In this document: positions 50,382 through 59,866 of the stretch, one piece after another
How the letters are laid out: every line of letters begins with the position of its first letter
Numbering within the stretch: position 1 is the stretch's first letter
Source of the DNA: Planctomycetota bacterium
Lineage (GTDB): Bacteria; Planctomycetota; GCA-002687715; DRQF01
Assembly (NCBI GenBank): GCA_036479435.1
Contig: JAZGFI010000090.1
Coordinates: 38,980 to 102,979 of the forward strand
Reading direction: 5' to 3'
DNA: 64,000 bases
Notes under the pieces: generated by a model
Told to the model about the DNA's origin: nothing
Database searches by the model: none
Seen by the model: the letters and a program-made list of their open reading frames with translations, nothing else
Program-made: the position numbers and the translations under genes

Positions 50382-51692
50382 CTAACGGGTAAAGTTGGCA
50401 ACGCTAGCTTGGCGGCCCCAAGCATGGGCATGTTCGATGATATCGCGAAGGAAAGCCTTAAGGGCACTTCGGCCAGGGGCCTCGGGATGAAGCGGCAGGA
50501 CGCCGATGCGGCCCGAGGGGTCGGCTTGATCTAAGACCTTGCAGGTTGGCGATCGCAAGGGTGCGATCGCCCAGGATCGCAAGGGGGGGCGAGCTGCAGT
50601 GGGCACGCCAGCAACGACGCCAAGATCATAGCTTCCCAACCAATCAAGGTACTTGCCTTTGGCCGAAAGAGTGTCTTCGCTGGTCGACAGCGTGGGGTCG
50701 AGGATAAAGGCATCGGGCCCGCTGGGGCCTGGAACAAGGATCATGAGGTCGGGCGTGGCTTCATTGGCTCCGACACAAGTCCATCCTGAACGGTGTTTTT
50801 TTCCCGCGAGGAGGCGAGGGTCGATCCACAATTCCAACCAAGAGTCTCGGGCAGTGTAGCGCAAGATCCCCGCACCAAACAACGAAGCCGTCACGTCCCC
50901 TCGGCATTCGAACCCGGAATCGACCAGGATGCGGTGGATCTGAAGTCCGCACCAGCGCTGATACAAAAATGGCAAGTCGGGGAGATCGGCTTTTCCGCCG
51001 AGGAGGTGTTGCGCCAACTCGCTGGGGGTCCCCATGGGTTCTTCGATCCGGGGAAGCAGGCGCCGCAGACGAGACCAGGCTTCGCCATTTGGGAACTCCT
51101 TGGGTCTGCGGGTCAAGGGGCGAAGGCGACAACCTGCGGATACGGCGATTGCCGAACGGCAACGTTCCAAAGTAATGCTCGACGATCGGAATTCACGGCT
51201 ACGGCGTAACAAGCGAGGCTCGTCTTCCTGCGCCCAACCGTAGCCGCCCTTGCGTACTGCAAGTAACTGAGCCACGACGTCTTCGTGGCGGCGAGCAGCC
51301 GGAGCAAGCGCCTGCTGCAGTCGGTCAATGAGGTGCAATAGCCAACGTAGCGGAGATTCGGGAGGATTGGATATCTCCTCGTGCTTGATCCACAAAGCGG
51401 GGACGAGGCTTTCGCCAGACTTTGCGTAGTCTGAGCAATGACGGGAGGGGACGGCTCGATCAGGACGGCGAGTTGGGTATTCGCTGAGCTCGCCTCGCGT
51501 TCCCTCTTCTAACTCCTCGACCAGTTTTGGGATGATCCGGCCCATGAGGGCAATAGTGTCGATAAGCAGACCCGCTATCCCATTGCTAGCTCCCGTCACA
51601 TGACGGCGAACGGTAGGTGCGATCCCCGCTTCGAGCATTTCCGGCGATTGCTCGCGTAGGTCTTGAACAATGCGGTCGAAAAACTCCGTCAT
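50382..51692 (-). CDS. McrC/DUF2357-like PD-(D/E)xK nuclease partner
   Basis: LYQRWC and TPDLMI...ILDPT; ATGA overlap with the McrB-like gene. Confidence 0.65.
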   Translation of the reverse strand: MTEFFDRIVQDLREQSPEMLEAGIAPTVRRHVTGASNGIAGLLIDTIALMGRIIPKLVEELEEGTRGELSEYPTRRPDRAVPSRHCSDYAKSGESLVPALWIKHEEISNPPESPLRWLLHLIDRLQQALAPAARRHEDVVAQLLAVRKGGYGWAQEDEPRLLRRSREFRSSSITLERCRSAIAVSAGCRLRPLTRRPKEFPNGEAWSRLRRLLPRIEEPMGTPSELAQHLLGGKADLPDLPFLYQRWCGLQIHRILVDSGFECRGDVTASLFGAGILRYTARDSWLELWIDPRLLAGKKHRSGWTCVGANEATPDLMILVPGPSGPDAFILDPTLSTSEDTLSAKGKYLDWLGSYDLGVVAGVPTAARPPLRSWAIAPLRSPTCKVLDQADPSGRIGVLPLHPEAPGRSALKAFLRDIIEHAHAWGRQASVANFTR

Positions 51693-53590
51693 GCTTGAAT
51701 CACATCGCGTCCCACTTCGAGTGCGTCGCGCCACTTTTCGATGACGGCCGCACTCATGGGCAATCCGCTGTCATGTTTTTGGCGCCAGTCCATCGCCAAC
51801 TCCATGAACATGGCGTCGCTGGTGTCGCCAGCGAGGAGTTGGATCTTGCTCAGCACCTCGTGCACCACAACGTAGTCGAGCGCAGACCATTCATCCAGTT
51901 CCAGCTCAGCTCCTAGGGCTAAGCAGGCTTTGAGCGACAGCGCCGAGCGATAGCTAAATGCAGCTCCCTTGCTTTGGACGAGGAAGTCCAAGTCTTGGAT
52001 AGCATCGACCTGGTCGGAGCTAAGATCTATTTCTAACCGTTCGATGACGGTAGCCGGGTCGACTGTCAACTCAATGACCGCTGAGCGATCTAACACGCGT
52101 GGTGACAGTTTTTTGGTTGTGTGGTCGGTATTGATCGTTGCGACGAAACGAACGGCTGGCGTGATAAAGACCCCGGTGCGCGTCTCCTCGCCGTCGATGG
52201 TAGTGCCGCTGCCGCCGAGGTCGATGGTGCGGCGTACTCTATCATCACCCCGGTATTCAATTCGAACCAAGATATCAGACAACCAGTACTCAGGCTGGCT
52301 AAGATTCAGCTCCTCAAGAATCGCGATGCGAGTTTGCTTGTCGCCAGCATCCCAGGCTTGCTCGGCCTTGATGAGGAAGCGCGTGAAGGGTGTCGCCTCG
52401 AACTTCCCGTTCAATGGATTGACGTAACCCAATAGGTCTTCTCGGCCACGCCAAGTAGAGCCCACCGGAATGATGATGGATCGTTCGCCAGGTGAATCAT
52501 CAAGGAGGCTGGTCGCCAGCGTGCTTTTCCCAACACCTGGCCCACCTCTGAGAATGAGAAAAGGTTTGGTGATCGAAGCGACTTCGAGAGATTGCAGGGT
52601 CGTCGCTCCAAAATTTTGAGCGATGGCAGCACGCATGCTCGGGTCGACAAGTCGGCGGCGGTCTGGGACGGTTGTCGGACTTACTTCAAGGCAAGGGACT
52701 ATGGAGTCGGAGTTCTGAGCAGCGTAGGTGGAGGCAGACGCCGTGGCGGTTGGATTCGATTCGCTCTTAGGCTCCCTCCAACTGTTCTTAAGATCCTCGA
52801 ACGCGCTGCTTCTCGTGCCGCCTCCCGACTCGGCGACGAAACGCCGAGTTTGACCGCCGGATGGAGTGGCAACTTTTTCCGCAGCTTGGTCCAACCACTC
52901 GCTCATATGCTCGATAAAGTGATCAATTCTTAGACGGTGGCTCTCTGATGGCACTAGCTCTGGTCGCTCTGTCAGTTTTTGACGGGCTTCGGTGAACATG
53001 CGAGCCACCAAGTTGCGGTCGATCTCTTTGATGTATTGCCCCCGCAAGTTGCCGTACCTTGGCAGTTGAATTTTCAATTCCTGTAGTCGTGCCCAGCCGT
53101 CTTTGTAGGGCCGCACTCGCCAGTAGTCGTGGTAACCGAGGGTGACCTTCTCGATGGACTCGATTCGGTAGGCCCCATAAATTTGGTGCAGCGACATTTG
53201 GTTCGCAATGCCACCCGGCTCCTCGAATGGGCGGTTGTAAAACAAGGCGATCTGATCGTTCATGGCATTGACGTCGTCGGCGAGGATCCAATCGGCGCCT
53301 CCGTAGTCGATCAATAGCGACGGCTCAACATCGTTGAAAAGATCGATGTGAAAGCAGTTGCTGCGCCCCTGGTCACAATTGTCGCGGCGAAATCTAAGCG
53401 GGCCTCCGCAGTCCCAAGCCGTGGGATTGCTACAGATTGACCCATCCCAGCCTGATCGGTGGCCATTGATCCGCATCGCGAGCGCGTTGCCTTTTCTGAT
53501 GGTGAGCATCGCAAATATCCAACTCAAAACTTGACGACTCGTAGCACTGGGCCGGCCCAAGATCAGGGCCGCGCGAGTTTCTTCGATCAA
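51689..53590 (-). CDS. McrB-like AAA+ GTPase with unusual N-terminal domain
   Basis: GGPGVGKS, LLGYVNPL, EELNLSQPEYW, TINTDHTT, LSPRVLDRS; real start probably 53509 or 53476. Confidence 0.85.
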   Translation of the reverse strand: MIEETRAALILGRPSATSRQVLSWIFAMLTIRKGNALAMRINGHRSGWDGSICSNPTAWDCGGPLRFRRDNCDQGRSNCFHIDLFNDVEPSLLIDYGGADWILADDVNAMNDQIALFYNRPFEEPGGIANQMSLHQIYGAYRIESIEKVTLGYHDYWRVRPYKDGWARLQELKIQLPRYGNLRGQYIKEIDRNLVARMFTEARQKLTERPELVPSESHRLRIDHFIEHMSEWLDQAAEKVATPSGGQTRRFVAESGGGTRSSAFEDLKNSWREPKSESNPTATASASTYAAQNSDSIVPCLEVSPTTVPDRRRLVDPSMRAAIAQNFGATTLQSLEVASITKPFLILRGGPGVGKSTLATSLLDDSPGERSIIIPVGSTWRGREDLLGYVNPLNGKFEATPFTRFLIKAEQAWDAGDKQTRIAILEELNLSQPEYWLSDILVRIEYRGDDRVRRTIDLGGSGTTIDGEETRTGVFITPAVRFVATINTDHTTKKLSPRVLDRSAVIELTVDPATVIERLEIDLSSDQVDAIQDLDFLVQSKGAAFSYRSALSLKACLALGAELELDEWSALDYVVVHEVLSKIQLLAGDTSDAMFMELAMDWRQKHDSGLPMSAAVIEKWRDALEVGRDVIQA

Positions 53591-53719
53591 GGCGCCAGTT
53601 TCGCAGAACTCAAGCCCAAGGTCGAGGCCATCGCAATGGGATTGTAAGGGCAGGCTGCAAAAAACTCTGAGTCGCTCCAGTTCCGGCCTAGCGTCGGTCC
53701 CTTATGCAACTCTCAGGGT

Positions 53720-54046
53720 ATGAGGGGCGCTGAATTTCAACCTATCGACCAAGATCTCGCGCGGTGCATTCCGGAGTGGATGTACGCGGAGAATCATCGG
53801 AGCTGCGTAGAGCACGCGCAGAAGCGTTGGCATGTCATCAAGTCGAGGGGGCGCGAACCACAAGTATTTGACTTGCATGATGGCCCGCTCGCCGGTGCGA
53901 CGTACGTCTTGAGTCGCCAACCTTACGATGGCGAGAAGTTCGGCTGGGTGTACCGCACGGACCGCGGAATTGTCGTCGCGAATTACCGTGCCGATGGCAA
54001 GTCATGGCGCTTTGAAAACTTCAGGGCTCCAGGGAACCCTATTTAA
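53720..54046 (+). CDS. Hypothetical protein
   Basis: 108-aa ORF filling the intergenic gap. Confidence 0.45.
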   Translation: MRGAEFQPIDQDLARCIPEWMYAENHRSCVEHAQKRWHVIKSRGREPQVFDLHDGPLAGATYVLSRQPYDGEKFGWVYRTDRGIVVANYRADGKSWRFENFRAPGNPI

Positions 54047-54081
54047 TTCGCAAGGCGTGATGGGGCTTGTCCGGCCTCAGT

Positions 54082-55245
54082 TTACTTGGCTGACTTCTTG
54101 CAAATGACATCCTTAGAGAGGGCGACGATCGACCAGCCCTCGGCCGCTATCCCCGGTGTTTTTTGCTCGGCATTGTTCTTATTACGATCGAACTGGCAGG
54201 CGAAGACTCCCAGGCGCCGGTCCTTACTGATCTCATGCAAAGGGCCGAAGCGTCTCGGGTCGTCTTGGAAGAGTTGGCTCAGTTTCAGCGTGCCCTCGCG
54301 GGAGTAGCCAATGAGAGCAACGGCGACTGAGTTTAAGCTTAGGTCTTGATGAATGATCGTGATGCCGCTCGTCGTCTTGGATTGTTCCCAGGGGATATAC
54401 GCCCACTTGGTCTTAGAGGATTTGTAGTGGATGCCGGGCATTCGGTTCTTGCTGACGCCAGCGCGCGCACCGTCGCCGCCGAAGCAGCTCTTTGGATAAA
54501 GGTAGCCGTCGGGGCGGTACTGAAGATAAAACGGCACTGTGGAGTTTTTGTGGCGTTCCTTGAAAGGTGTGGCCGAGAAAAGGCTGGCGACGAACTGTTC
54601 AACGAGGAGATTGATGCGCTGGGACCCGATGATGATGTTGGCGCGGTTCTCATTTTTCATCATCCGCCCGTGGAGCCTTGCGACTTCTTTGGTGTCTTTG
54701 TCTAGTTGAGCCGCTAGCAACTTTGCAGTTTCCTTTTGGCTGACGGAGGCCTTCGGCTTGGTCGTTGATCCGCTGTTGTTCAACTCAATGTCGTAGTGGA
54801 AGGGGATGTTTTTCCATTTGAACTGGAAGCGCCCGCCCGCTTGCGTCAGTCCATGGATGAGCCCGGTTGCCGCTTCGGCGTCAGCCCCGGCAATCCACCG
54901 TGGAGAGCCCAGCGAGATTTTTGCGTTCGGCATCGAGCACCTTTCGCCAAGAAAAGCTGTGAGTTCATCGGCGTGTACGAGACGCTCCCAGATCCCAGTA
55001 AATGAGAACAGGGCTCCGGGGAGCATGGCCTGAAGGGCGGGGCGTTTGCTGGGGTCGACGTTCTTGAGCAGCCAATCCGAAAGTCGCTGTAGGTGTTCGA
55101 ACGAAACCGAAGACGTTCTTGAGTTGATGAGTCTCGACACGGTTTGCCGCTCGACGCCTAAGGCCTCTTGAATGTCGCTCGTCTTGCCGTGGAGCTGGAT
55201 GCCGAATTCCTGCGCGAGTTCTTTCAATCGAAATTGGACGGCCAT
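54082..55245 (-). CDS. Cro/C1-type HTH regulator with large C-terminal domain
   Basis: RLKELA...IQEALGVERQTVSRLINS...SFEHLQRL; GGAG RBS. Confidence 0.75.
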   Translation of the reverse strand: MAVQFRLKELAQEFGIQLHGKTSDIQEALGVERQTVSRLINSRTSSVSFEHLQRLSDWLLKNVDPSKRPALQAMLPGALFSFTGIWERLVHADELTAFLGERCSMPNAKISLGSPRWIAGADAEAATGLIHGLTQAGGRFQFKWKNIPFHYDIELNNSGSTTKPKASVSQKETAKLLAAQLDKDTKEVARLHGRMMKNENRANIIIGSQRINLLVEQFVASLFSATPFKERHKNSTVPFYLQYRPDGYLYPKSCFGGDGARAGVSKNRMPGIHYKSSKTKWAYIPWEQSKTTSGITIIHQDLSLNSVAVALIGYSREGTLKLSQLFQDDPRRFGPLHEISKDRRLGVFACQFDRNKNNAEQKTPGIAAEGWSIVALSKDVICKKSAK

Positions 55246-55519
55246 TTTTCCGCTCCATTTTGAGAGACAAATGCGGGTTAAGTTCGGCGTGTCTCGCCGG
55301 GACGGTTTGTCGCTTTTATAGCTGCGTTAGCGGTCGTTCTTGTCATGGCCGCGTCACGGTGTGGTTCAACCTGCCAACACAGTTAGTACCAAGATGTGGT
55401 CCAAAGTCGAAACGCTGTCTTAACAGGTGGTCCTGAGGGAGCTGGCCTCGATGGGGCGAAGCGCGATCTCGCTGCTGGTGGCTCCCGGTGCTGCCCTGAG
55501 GTCTTCGGGTGGGGGCGAA

Positions 55520-58054
55520 TCAAGACTCTGGCTCTTCGTTGAGTCCGTACTTTGCCCTGAGCCGGTGGAGGAAATTGTTGTGGTATTCGCGGACTGATCT
55601 GGGTTCGACGCGGCAATTGAAGGCTTCAGCGCGAGCCAGGTGTCGGCTCGCTATGCGGCCCCGGCGAAAGCGAAGCGCGGTGCCCGCCATTGTAGTGTCC
55701 TCTATGGCCGCCAAAGGGCTGCCAAGCAGCTTGTGGTCCAAAATGAGGCGCGCCCAGTGGAGAGCGTTGAGGTCATCGTGGTCGTTGGCGGCCTTGAAAA
55801 ATCCTCCGACTTTCCGCTGCCAAGAATCTCCTTCAAGGCCAGCGATCGCGAGGAAGGCTTGGCGCTCTGTTGAGGATGTTCGCAGCGACGCGTGTTGACT
55901 TTTCGCCAGTCTTGGCGGCACCGGCTCACTCCAAAACGACAGCCAAAGGCTAGGCCCTTGATCCAACCATTGGGCCAGGAGTATTCGTGCCAAGCGTGGG
56001 ACGGCAGACTCTGCCATGAGGGGTAACCACAGCAATCGGAGGGTGTCATGGATGATGTTGTCCGGGATCTTCTCGAAAGGCATCCTCAGAAGGTGCTTGA
56101 GGTAGTCTGCGTTGAGAACAAGCTCGTCTTCGAAGCGCTCGTAGCCACTTTGAACTTGCAAGGGCCTTGGAGAGAGGAGCCTTTGATGCAGCCACGAAGC
56201 GATCGGCTGAATTTCTTTGTCCTTAGATCGTTGCCAAGCCCCTATCGCGTCCTGGAGCTTTTCGGATTTAGCCTCAGGGTGGTGGAGTAGGCCTAGGGCG
56301 AGGCGGGCGCGATAACCTTCGGCGTGCTCGAACAAGACGCAGGTCAAATCGAGCGATAAGATTCCTTGGCTCGCCGCCACCGCGAGCGTGTCGTAGAGTT
56401 CGGTCTTGAGTGCGGACGACGCTCTTCGAAGGCGTTCGCTGATGGCCTTGTTGTGCGGGGCGGTGATCAGAAACGGCATGCGCCGCAGTACGCGCAAGTT
56501 CCTCCAAACATCGACTTCGTCTTGGGAGTGATCCTCTAAGGTTTTCAATATCTGGTAACGCGTCGCAGAGAAAAACTCTGAGGGCGCGCCGAGATCTAGG
56601 GCCCGGGCTGCTTTTTCTGCGAGAACGTTGGGTCCATGTTCGACTGCCGTCATCAAGGCGTACAACACTTTTTCACCCGAGATCGGAGTTCCGCAGCGGG
56701 CATAGGCATCGATGGCTTGCCGGTAGTTTTGGAAGCTTAGCAGCAGCTCGTGTCCCCAGTTGGATCTGTCTTCGGCAACCGCAGGGCCCAAGAGCAGACG
56801 CGGTGCGATCAAGTCCCGGGCGCGAGGGCACTGAGTTCTCTTCGAGAATCGAAGGATCAGTTTGCTTTTCGCGCATGGTTCTTTGAACAGAGCTTCCTCA
56901 AGCGCCGCTGACCGAAGGCCATGCAGGCCGAAGCGAATGAAGATGCGTCGGAGGAAAGCTGGCGAGAGCTCGCTGGTGGTCGTGTTTGCATCCGATGGGG
57001 AGGAGTCGGGTGTCTCCACGAAGAAGAGCGGCAGCGAGTTCGCGGGGCATCTTTCAATGGGCTTGAGGGCGGCGGTGGCGATGGGCTCTTCGCCGCTCGG
57101 GCCCAATATTGAGAGGGCTGCGTTGCGGGTGTGCTTCAAACGATCGAAGTCGATCCGGAGGATTTGCAAGCGTTTTTCGCGGTGGCTGGGCACAATCAAG
57201 TGGTTGCCGTCCAACTGCATTCCAATCGCCCAGCCGTTTGAAGTCGCGAGGTCGCGGTAGGTCGCGAGGACTTGGCCGTCGTCTAAGTCTAGAAAACGTA
57301 GGGAATTGTCGCGGCCCTTGGTGATCAGGACTTCAGGGGTCGCAGCCAGGGCGAGAATCGCCGCGCTGTGGGCCGCGACGCTAAACAAAGGGCTTCGGAA
57401 CGGGCGCCGCCACAGACAGCATCGTCCGTCTTTGGCGGCCGACGCAAAGGTCTTTGTTCCCGGAATGAAGGCGAGGGCCGCGACCTCAGCGTTGTGCCCG
57501 ACCAAGGTCTCCAGAGGGCGGCCATCGCGGTTGAACACGCAAATGCTGCCATCGCTGCCGACGAGGAAGTAGCTTGAATCTGGCGACCATGCGGCGCAAT
57601 AGCCCGCCTGCGCAATACGGGTACGGATTTGGCCCGTGCGGTCGCGAAGCACGATGGCGTCTCGCGAAGTGCTGACAATCCTGCTGCCGTCTGATGACAT
57701 CAGCACTGAGTTGACTTCGGCCGCGTGCCCATCCACGACGCGCGATACGAGGGAAAGATCGCTTTGTTTACGGACTTCGTAGAGATTCGGGTAGCGGCCG
57801 ACGAAGATCTCGTTGCTCGTGGCGGAGCCCCCCATGCCGATGGCTTCCCCGCCTAGGCCATTCAAGGGAAGCCACTGTTGCGGAGTCAAGGTGTCGAGGT
57901 TGAGCCGCATGAGAAACGTGCGTCCCGCCACGAAAAGGTCGCGGCCGTTTCGCCACATGCGCGCGAACTTCGCTCCACCAGTGGAGCATTCTTCAGGAAG
58001 GTAGATGCTTTTGATGATCTTTAGGCCTTTGGGCAGGGCATGGGGGCTACTCAC
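55520..58054 (-). CDS. WD40-repeat protein with helical C-terminal region
   Basis: GHAAEVNSV..SSDG, AWSPDS, GHNAEVAALAF..SAAKDG..LW, AHSAAILALA..GRDNSLRF; GTGA overlap with the ligase stop. Confidence 0.85.
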   Translation of the reverse strand: MSSPHALPKGLKIIKSIYLPEECSTGGAKFARMWRNGRDLFVAGRTFLMRLNLDTLTPQQWLPLNGLGGEAIGMGGSATSNEIFVGRYPNLYEVRKQSDLSLVSRVVDGHAAEVNSVLMSSDGSRIVSTSRDAIVLRDRTGQIRTRIAQAGYCAAWSPDSSYFLVGSDGSICVFNRDGRPLETLVGHNAEVAALAFIPGTKTFASAAKDGRCCLWRRPFRSPLFSVAAHSAAILALAATPEVLITKGRDNSLRFLDLDDGQVLATYRDLATSNGWAIGMQLDGNHLIVPSHREKRLQILRIDFDRLKHTRNAALSILGPSGEEPIATAALKPIERCPANSLPLFFVETPDSSPSDANTTTSELSPAFLRRIFIRFGLHGLRSAALEEALFKEPCAKSKLILRFSKRTQCPRARDLIAPRLLLGPAVAEDRSNWGHELLLSFQNYRQAIDAYARCGTPISGEKVLYALMTAVEHGPNVLAEKAARALDLGAPSEFFSATRYQILKTLEDHSQDEVDVWRNLRVLRRMPFLITAPHNKAISERLRRASSALKTELYDTLAVAASQGILSLDLTCVLFEHAEGYRARLALGLLHHPEAKSEKLQDAIGAWQRSKDKEIQPIASWLHQRLLSPRPLQVQSGYERFEDELVLNADYLKHLLRMPFEKIPDNIIHDTLRLLWLPLMAESAVPRLARILLAQWLDQGPSLWLSFWSEPVPPRLAKSQHASLRTSSTERQAFLAIAGLEGDSWQRKVGGFFKAANDHDDLNALHWARLILDHKLLGSPLAAIEDTTMAGTALRFRRGRIASRHLARAEAFNCRVEPRSVREYHNNFLHRLRAKYGLNEEPES

Positions 58055-59439
58055 CCTAGACCTCCGAGTTCCGTTTGCCGCTGACGACTCCTTAATTGCA
58101 TCGCGAGGGAGTTGTTAGCTTTCTCCCAACTGACCTCTCCGCCACGGCGAACGAGGTTCTGCAACTCCCAGCCAGGATCGCCGCAGGCCCGCGGAGAGCT
58201 TGGCGCTCGTTCCATGGCGCGATAGGTCCACCAGTATTCCTCTGGCGAGCCCGAAAGATCAGCCTGCTCGTGCAAGAACTCAAGTGTCGTCTCGACCTTG
58301 AAAACGCTGCCCGATCGAACGCTGAGGACGGCGAGCTGGTTCATCAGCTCGCCATCTTGTGGCGAGGCATCACTCGGAAATGGCTGGGATTCCGCATCGC
58401 ATAGTTCTTCATAGGCCGCCTGCTGGATTGCCCATCCGACTGGCACGACACTCGCGACCTCGCGAGCGGGCTTGGAGGCCACCGCATCAATCAGCCGGCA
58501 AAACTTGTCGAAGCCCGCGCGGGCTCCCGAAACGAGTGCTTCTTCTTCGTCTCGAAACGGCAGTAGCCGCTCGGCGATGAGCCGGCAGAGGTCCAAGGCG
58601 CTGACTCGCCGAACCTGACCTCCTTCACTCAGTTCGACACTGCTTGTGGCCGGGAAGCCCACCCAGGGTGCGCTAATGAGTTCGAATCGGGGCAGGCGTT
58701 GGGCGCTCAGCGCCGCCAAGATGAGCAGGGCAGAGCGAATCTCCACATCGGCGACCGCCGGCGAGTAGCCGAGCGCCAACAGTTGATAGCGGTTGAAGCC
58801 TCCGCCGGATTTCGACATTGGTTTGCTGCGGCGAAGTCCACGCTCTGTAGTTCGATGGAAGGTGTGCAGCGCCCGCGGGTCGCGAACGAAGTGGTAGCCG
58901 CCCCGCGGCGACCGAACGAATCCCCCGGCGCCGGTCAATGAAGTAAGCGCGACACAGACCAAGATCAGGAGGTCGGCCGTCTTGTTGTTGGTGGCTTCGT
59001 TCGCGACGCTGACGTTAGTGTGGAGGCCGGTGCCTCGGCTCGACCGGGTACCCTTCGCAAGGGCCGGTGGCGGTCCGGCGAGATCGTCGTTCACGCAGGT
59101 CAAGGAGAACAGGTCTGACTGGCTACCACCGGGAAAGGCGCGCTTCGCGGCAGCGTTGGCGCGGCTCGCGGCGATCATCAACGAATCGAGAATGCCCTCA
59201 ATTGAATTTGCCGGGACGGTGTTTAGTTCCAGTAAGTTGCTGAGCTCTGGGTACGCGCAACCCCAAGGGAAAAAGAGCCGTTGCCCCGAAGTCGAGACGG
59301 AATCCCCCTTCATGAACTCAGCTAGGAGTGCTCGCAGAAATGGCGGACGGCGCGATTCCTCAGGGTCGCCTGAAGACCCCAGCCCTGGAAAGGACTCGAA
59401 TTCGATTTCGTGACCCAGGCTGATCGTGCGGTCCGCCAT
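58051..59439 (-). CDS. Divergent PafA/Dop-family (Pup ligase-like) carboxylate-amine ligase
   Basis: GHEIEF, AYPELSNLLELNT, GLHTNV, LTGAGG, RALHTF..RSKP, RYQL, APSSPRA, VSW, all colinear with PafA motifs. Confidence 0.8.
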   Translation of the reverse strand: MADRTISLGHEIEFESFPGLGSSGDPEESRRPPFLRALLAEFMKGDSVSTSGQRLFFPWGCAYPELSNLLELNTVPANSIEGILDSLMIAASRANAAAKRAFPGGSQSDLFSLTCVNDDLAGPPPALAKGTRSSRGTGLHTNVSVANEATNNKTADLLILVCVALTSLTGAGGFVRSPRGGYHFVRDPRALHTFHRTTERGLRRSKPMSKSGGGFNRYQLLALGYSPAVADVEIRSALLILAALSAQRLPRFELISAPWVGFPATSSVELSEGGQVRRVSALDLCRLIAERLLPFRDEEEALVSGARAGFDKFCRLIDAVASKPAREVASVVPVGWAIQQAAYEELCDAESQPFPSDASPQDGELMNQLAVLSVRSGSVFKVETTLEFLHEQADLSGSPEEYWWTYRAMERAPSSPRACGDPGWELQNLVRRGGEVSWEKANNSLAMQLRSRQRQTELGGLG

Positions 59440-59449
59440 GAGATTTCTG

Positions 59450-59608
59450 CTACTCGCCGCCGCGGCTGGGCCGCTGCAAGGTGGACGATTCGCGGGTCAG
59501 TTCCTCGAGTTTACCTTTGGTCGTCGCGTGCTTTTCGCTTGGGGTGGAGGCGGCCGAGGGCTGGTTGCAAGTGGGTCGGCTAGAGCTGGCTTTCTTGGTG
59601 GTGTTCAT
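59450..59608 (-). CDS. Pup/UBact-like small modifier protein (52 aa, C-terminal GGE)
   Basis: MNTTKK...LQRPSRGGE-stop; low-complexity and likely disordered; AAGGA RBS; 10 nt upstream of the ligase. Confidence 0.8.
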   Translation of the reverse strand: MNTTKKASSSRPTCNQPSAASTPSEKHATTKGKLEELTRESSTLQRPSRGGE

Positions 59609-59866
59609 GGGATGGCTTTTCCTTTCGTGGTTGGAGAGCGGTCCGAACGCTGAGCTTCGGGGGTTCGCAGTCAAGGCGACAGTTCGAGCTGTGTTCTGCA
59701 CTAGCCCTTGCTCAAAATCAAGTGGAAGTTAGGTCTAATAGATGTACTAACGACATAAAGATACCATGAAAGCGTACAATTCAGACATGCTGTCGTGTCG
59801 ATGAAGCGCGGTCAATCGCAAAGAGATGGGGCCGAATGTCGTTTTTGAAGTTACAGCTCCCCGCCG

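Noticed and set aside
59450..59701. 83-aa version of the Pup-like ORF
   Set aside because: The ATG at 59608 has an AAGGA RBS and gives a Pup-sized product; the upstream GTG has weaker support.
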